Positions 33,971 to 37,207 of a stretch of 37,207 nucleotides of DNA are shown one piece after another. The notes under the pieces were generated by a model that was given only the letters and a program-made list of their open reading frames with translations, did not search any database and was not told where the DNA came from. Numbering within the stretch: position 1 is the stretch's first letter; every line of letters starts with the position of its first letter. Made by a program: the position numbers and the translations under genes. Source of the stretch: a virus (taxonomy: Duplodnaviria; Caudoviricetes); the IMG/VR virus record IMGVR_UViG_3300037484_000770, positions 1 to 37,207 of that record, one strand, 5' to 3'.

Positions 33971-34945
33971 TCACTCATCGTCGCTCCCTGGTTCCCGCTC
34001 TTGCCAGTGCTGCGGCACGGACCCAATCGCGCTGTGGCGCTCGACGACCCGCGAGATCCCGCCCTGCGCCTCAAACTGCATGACGAGCGGCTCGCGGCCC
34101 TTACGGTTCTTGAGCACGAAGCCGTCAATCACGTTTGGTGCCTCGCTCTCCTCGGGCTGGGGGCGCTTTTGCACGACCATGACGAGGTCTGCGTCGTACT
34201 CGAGGTTCCCGGAGCCGCGGAGGTGCGAGAGCTTCGGGTGATCGTCCTCGTCGCGCTTACGTGAGAGCGGCGTGGTCACGCACACGAATGGTGTATAGCT
34301 ATCGACAACGCCACCGCGAGCGAGCCGGCGAAGCGCGTCCGCGGCTCGCGGGATAGCGTCGAGCTCGCTCCCGCGCCCACGGTCAATCATGCCGAGGTGG
34401 TCCACGAATACGGCGTCGAACCGGGCCCTCGTGGCGCTGCGCAGCACGGCGTCGAGGGTGTGGCCGTTGCGCTCGGCCCCGTGAATGCGCAGGTGCATTT
34501 CGAGGCCCGCTAGTTTCACTGTCGCGTCCTCGACGCGCTCCCGCTCCGCGTCCGCGAGAACCAGCTGCTCGCGACCGTACGCAAGGTCGAGCCGCTCGAC
34601 GCTTACGCCGCTATACCGGGCGAGGGATTGCACGCCGATCTCCCCGATCGTCTGCTCGAGCGTCACGAACAGCACCCGCTGGTGCAGGCTCGCCATGTCG
34701 AGCGCCAGGTTCAGCGCGAGCTGGGTTTTGAAGTTCCCCGGCGCTCCGCCGACGAGCCAGATCCTCGCGGACCTGGGCGGGCAAAGCCGCTGCAAGCGAG
34801 GCCATGCCGTCCTCAGGCGGATCGAGCGGCTCACTTCCGAGAGCCCCTCTGTCGCCGACTTCGCCATCGACGTGAGGCTCGGGATTGGCGGCGTCTCGTT
34901 CTGCGTCCGCGAGGGCGGCGAGGATTGCGGGGTCGGCGTTGCCAT
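33971..34945 (-). CDS. DnaB-like (SF4) replicative helicase, C-terminal domain only
   Basis: Walker A GAPGNFKT, LFVTLEQ, FVDHL, LRGSGxLEYDAD, KNRxG motifs. Confidence 0.92.
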   Translation of the reverse strand: MATPTPQSSPPSRTQNETPPIPSLTSMAKSATEGLSEVSRSIRLRTAWPRLQRLCPPRSARIWLVGGAPGNFKTQLALNLALDMASLHQRVLFVTLEQTIGEIGVQSLARYSGVSVERLDLAYGREQLVLADAERERVEDATVKLAGLEMHLRIHGAERNGHTLDAVLRSATRARFDAVFVDHLGMIDRGRGSELDAIPRAADALRRLARGGVVDSYTPFVCVTTPLSRKRDEDDHPKLSHLRGSGNLEYDADLVMVVQKRPQPEESEAPNVIDGFVLKNRKGREPLVMQFEAQGGISRVVERHSAIGSVPQHWQEREPGSDDE

Positions 34946-35660
34946 TTACTCTCCGTGGGGCAGGGTTCTTGTCCTGTTTGCGTGCGAGGTTCCGCGAGAG
35001 GAACGCGGCAGCGCCTTTGAACGTTTTTCGTCTGGTGGGGTTGTCGCGAGACCATTGGACGAGGGCTTTGACCTCCCGGACGACATCGACGCCCGGATAG
35101 GCGTCCTGCCACTCCGCGACCTTCGCGGCCGTTACCTGGTACTCCCTCGGTCCCTTACCGACGACCGGTAGAACGGCAACGACAGGAGAGGGGTTCTCCG
35201 GGGAGGCTGGCGCGGAGGACTCCACCGGAGTCTCCGCGCACGCGGCGCTAGCTGCCTCCTCTCCTCTCCTCTCCTCTCCAGCAGGTAATTCGACGTTAGG
35301 GTTACGGTAATGTTCCCTCAACCCCCTGGGCGGCTCTGGAAGCGTTGATTCTGTTGGATGATTTGGTTTCTGGTGACGCTTTTGGGTGGGGATCCACCCG
35401 TAGACGCGTCCGCCGGCCTCGTATCGGAAGATCCGACCAAGCTTTTCGAGGTGCCGGAGTTGCTTCTCGATGCCCTCCGGACCACCCCATTTCGCGTCGT
35501 ACGGGTCGAGGTCGGCGCGGATGAGTCGAGCGTCCCAATGAAATCGACCGGAGTCATCCGCGCAGCCGGCGAGCCCCAGGTAAAAGAGCGCGGTTTCACA
35601 ACTGGTGAGCCCCGTGATCTCGTCGCGCCAGAACTCAGGCTTCACGCTCCGGATGCGCAT
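34611..35660 (-). CDS. Phage replication initiator / replisome organiser
   Basis: RIRSVKPEFW...ADDxGRF N-terminus; C-terminal WxxAYPGVDV...W...NP..RK domain; upstream of the helicase. Confidence 0.85.
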   Translation of the reverse strand: MRIRSVKPEFWRDEITGLTSCETALFYLGLAGCADDSGRFHWDARLIRADLDPYDAKWGGPEGIEKQLRHLEKLGRIFRYEAGGRVYGWIPTQKRHQKPNHPTESTLPEPPRGLREHYRNPNVELPAGEERRGEEAASAACAETPVESSAPASPENPSPVVAVLPVVGKGPREYQVTAAKVAEWQDAYPGVDVVREVKALVQWSRDNPTRRKTFKGAAAFLSRNLARKQDKNPAPRRVNGNADPAILAALADAERDAANPEPHVDGEVGDRGALGSEPLDPPEDGMASLAAALPAQVREDLARRRSAGELQNPARAEPGARHGEPAPAGAVRDARADDRGDRRAIPRPV

Positions 35661-35974
35661 CAGAGAATCCCCTCCCATGGATCAAGGTTCAGGCGTTGGT
35701 TTCGCCTCACCTTCGCCGCTAGCCGCACATAGTCCCGCCTCATTTGCGCCGGCGTCAGCTCGGGATTGAGCCTCACGAGCTCAAACCAGACATCGTCCAC
35801 CGTGAGTGGGGACGTCCCTTTGCCCCTCGGTCCCGTGCGCCACGCGAACGCCAAGAAAGCGTTGGGCTCCAGGGGGGCGAGACGCCTTGACCGCGCCAGG
35901 CGAGAGACCGCGACCCGCGCCATTGCCCTCGGGAGAACGGCGCTGATGTGCTCGGGATTGCGCATGGGGCTCAA
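35660..35974 (-). CDS. Hypothetical protein
   Basis: TGATG coupling to the initiator. Confidence 0.55.
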   Translation of the reverse strand: MSPMRNPEHISAVLPRAMARVAVSRLARSRRLAPLEPNAFLAFAWRTGPRGKGTSPLTVDDVWFELVRLNPELTPAQMRRDYVRLAAKVRRNQRLNLDPWEGIL

Positions 35975-36025
35975 CTTACCAGCGGGGCCTGACCGGATTC
36001 ATTGTCGGCGTCTCTATGGAGCGCA

Positions 36026-36619
36026 TCACTCCCCCTCTCCCGAGACCGCTCGGGGCTCGGCGGGGCGTGTGGATGGTGAACACCGTTGACAGCGCAGACG
36101 CGGCCTCCCTGTCGCTGGCTGAGTCAGTGCCTCGCCGCAGCTAACGCAAGTCGTCGCGTGCTCAGGCTCGAGCCAGCGGCGCCGCCCATTGCATGTAGCG
36201 CAACACTTTTGGGGCCGCCCGGGGCGGTCGTGATACCACCATGAATGATTGGGACACGGTCGGCCGTAGCCGACGCATTCGATCCGGAGCGCAACGCCAC
36301 GATGGCTCATCTGCGGTCGTCTCCCACAAACCCGAGCCGGCCTACCAGTTTTCGTACATGCGCCCGCCTCGCCTTGCCCCCCCCTCTCCGCCGGCCCCTT
36401 CCGTTGGTCGCGCTCGATCTCCCTGAACTGGCGGGCCCTCATCTGGCGCAACAGGCACCCGCAGGAACGGATTGCCCCAGCAGCAACATGGCCGGGACGC
36501 GCCCCGAACTCACGGCCACACCGGCAGCGATAGACCGCGTAAATGCGATCGCCGACCTTGTAGCGTCGCAGTTCCGCTGGCTTGGATCGCCTCACGGTCG
36601 CCCCATCCATTGGCGCCAA
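36026..36619 (-). CDS. Zn-ribbon-rich hypothetical protein (possibly two domains or genes)
   Basis: CxCG...SCGC motif as in HNH/AP2 N-termini; CxxCG...TGRPxxxC. Confidence 0.55.
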   Translation of the reverse strand: MAPMDGATVRRSKPAELRRYKVGDRIYAVYRCRCGREFGARPGHVAAGAIRSCGCLLRQMRARQFREIERDQRKGPAERGGQGEAGACTKTGRPARVCGRRPQMSHRGVALRIECVGYGRPCPNHSWWYHDRPGRPQKCCATCNGRRRWLEPEHATTCVSCGEALTQPATGRPRLRCQRCSPSTRPAEPRAVSGEGE

Positions 36620-37207
36620 TACCGATCACGTTCCCCGCAGCGGCGGCATACCCGTTCGAGCTGATCGGCGCCCTCATCCACGATCCAGTCCCAGTCCTCG
36701 TCAATCTTCACCGGCGGGCCCCAGCGGTGCTCCTCGGGCGTACGGCACCGGGTACGCCGCAGCTTGTTCGCCTCGTGCGGCGGATCGAGTATCGGAATTC
36801 CGTTGCGGTTGCGCCTCACGGTCGCCCCGCCCTTCCCGCGACCCGAGGCTCACTCCCTAGCGACACAGTCACGCAGCGACACGCCACGTGCCCGCGCTCC
36901 ACCCGCAGCGAATGGACCCCGAGGGGACAGGCGGGGAGGCATTCGGACGCGAGGGAGAGACGGTCCCCGAGCGCATCTAGGCGAGCGTCTAGGGCGTCGA
37001 GGGAGCGAAGAATGGGGGTCTCGCACCCCCCCGGCGTGTTCCGTTTTGTCGGGCCCTGTCGGACGGAACCGCTAAGCAACCGACTAGCCGAAGAGTCCAT
37101 TGACTGCGGGTTAAGAAGGTTGCCGCCCTGCTGCACCGGGGCGGCGTCGGTTGCCGGGAGGCCGGGTCCGGCAGCCCCGCCCACAGACCTTCGGGGGATG
37201 GGCGGAG

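Larger units (their letters stand above)
1..37207. mobile_element. Temperate siphovirus-type (HK97-like head, non-contractile tail) prophage/phage, right end truncated
   Basis: Ordered terminase-portal-protease-capsid-connector-tail-lysis genes, a replication module and a tRNA-like att candidate at the left end. No host housekeeping genes, intact integrase or repressor recognised in the window. Confidence 0.95.

Noticed and set aside
35256-35279. (CTCTC)n pentamer run in the initiator
   Set aside because: It encodes the EERRGEE linker common in phage initiators. It may mark the origin region but is not distinctive.

Overview
The whole 37.2 kb window is a high-GC, HK97/lambda-like (siphovirus-type) temperate phage or prophage, truncated at the right edge. 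A myxobacterial-type host is plausible but is inference only. It opens with a tRNA-Gln(CTG)-like sequence with a broken T-arm (probable att junction), next to an odd fusion of an integrase-arm-like domain to an endonuclease VII domain. A + strand cluster of small early or accessory genes follows (929-3877), behind a sigma54-type promoter. A long - strand block then holds replication genes (initiator, DnaB-like helicase), an RNA ligase, RusA, HNH nucleases, terminases, portal, Clp-type protease, capsid, tail, lysis genes and a tail fibre, interrupted by a + strand cassette of three lipoproteins. Three non-coding signals stand out. (1) Two 10-unit (GGC-NN) arrays share an identical 23-nt 3' tail and flank one unknown gene (29851-30492); they look like guide RNAs with a non-contiguous code. 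(2) Two covarying type II hammerhead ribozymes each sit between a stop codon and the RBS of a small acidic protein (1673-1733, 2408-2468). (3) A four-copy motif, TTGAC-N18-GATGCG, lies 5-6 nt before the start codons of late genes. All calls come from reading the sequence and motifs by eye; no searches were run.
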